Source: Schmidtea polychroa
Taxonomy: Eukaryota
DNA: 64,000 nucleotides
Assembly (NCBI GenBank): GCA_044892525.1
Contig: CM097885.1
Span: forward strand, 558,001 to 622,000
Direction of reading: 5' to 3'
Within the stretch, counting starts at the first letter, position 1. Every line of letters starts with the position of its first letter. Of this stretch, positions 63,246 through 64,000 are shown piece after piece. A program made the translations under genes and the position numbers. Under the pieces are notes generated by a model that was not told the DNA's origin, made no database searches, and saw only the letters and a program-made list of their open reading frames with translations.

Positions 63246-64000
63246 CAGGGGTGCCCACTAATTTTTCTAGGAGTGCTACATTCACATCCAAAATGTGTAT
63301 GCGATCTACTTTTTTAATACTTACATAATATTTACCTACAATGCAATAAATTCATCACAATAGAACAAATATATGTCAAAATATGGAAAATTAAACTATG
63401 TAACTATTTATTATAAAAAAATGTAACTTAGGAAATCAAATTTAATGAAAATTATTGTTATATAGAACTTTTGGATGTTGATGCTCTACATTGGGTTGAA
63501 TCCACTAGATTTTTGTAGTTTGTGATATAAGTGCTAAGACAACTTCTTAGGCTGGATTCCAAATGGTCATCTGTTAATGTTGCTCGGTACTTTGACTTTA
63601 TAATTTTCATATGTGAAAATGCAGACTCACATAAATAAGTTGAACCAAAAAATGATACTAAATTTCGAAGCATTTTTTCAAGTTTGAATATTTATCCTCT
63701 GATAGATATTTCCATACATTTGGTTCGGAAGATCTTGATTTAATGAAGATATCATTTTGAAGTGTGATTATTTCCATTTCAAGTATAGGGATATCCATTT
63801 TAAACAAAGTTGAGATTGAATCTGCAACAATTTCTGGCTTTATTTTTGGATTAAACAGAAAGGACATAAATGCAGCCACAATTTCAAGTTTCTTGAAGTC
63901 TTGAAAACGTCTCTCGAACTCTAAAACCAAAATTTTGATCTGTTCCGCATATCTCGTAATATTAAAGTTGACATTTTCAGATTCTTTTAATTGTGACAAC
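63246..64000 (-). mobile_element. Duplicate copy of the hAT element, cut by the window edge; extra frameshift
   Basis: CAGGGGTGCCCA at 63246; transposase C-terminus. Confidence 0.93.

Larger units (their letters stand above)
57617..64000 (+). repeat. Segmental duplicate of ~32270-36310 with ~2.4 kb extra (~59030-61430)
   Basis: Constant 27,757-bp offset over the family-C leader; same hAT insertion junction. Confidence 0.92.

Overview
AT-rich eukaryotic (probably invertebrate) repeat-dense region with no recognisable host gene; it is a nest of mobile elements. The centrepiece is a complete 17,059-bp Polinton/Maverick (adintovirus-like endogenous virus, 'family A', 14358-31416). It has AGTAGT...ACTACT ends, ~940-bp TIRs and a 6-bp TSD (TTTATT) confirmed by two empty sites in the window. 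It carries pPolB with an EndoVII-like motif, major and minor capsid proteins, a fiber-like protein, adenain protease, a pX-like core protein, a packaging ATPase and a Zn-finger/PLA2/integrase reading frame. It also has a 2,434-bp internal duplication and a tRNA-like Pol III unit in each TIR. Family A sits inside the terminal repeat of a second pPolB element ('family B'). A third, degraded pPolB element ('family C') has a predicted spliced leader with short GT-AG introns, an inserted Buster-type hAT transposon and long composite termini. The rest is R2-like and NeSL/Utopia-like non-LTR remnants, a non-coding TIR element, satellites, and tandem or segmental duplications. All family assignments come from motif recognition by eye; no database search was run.
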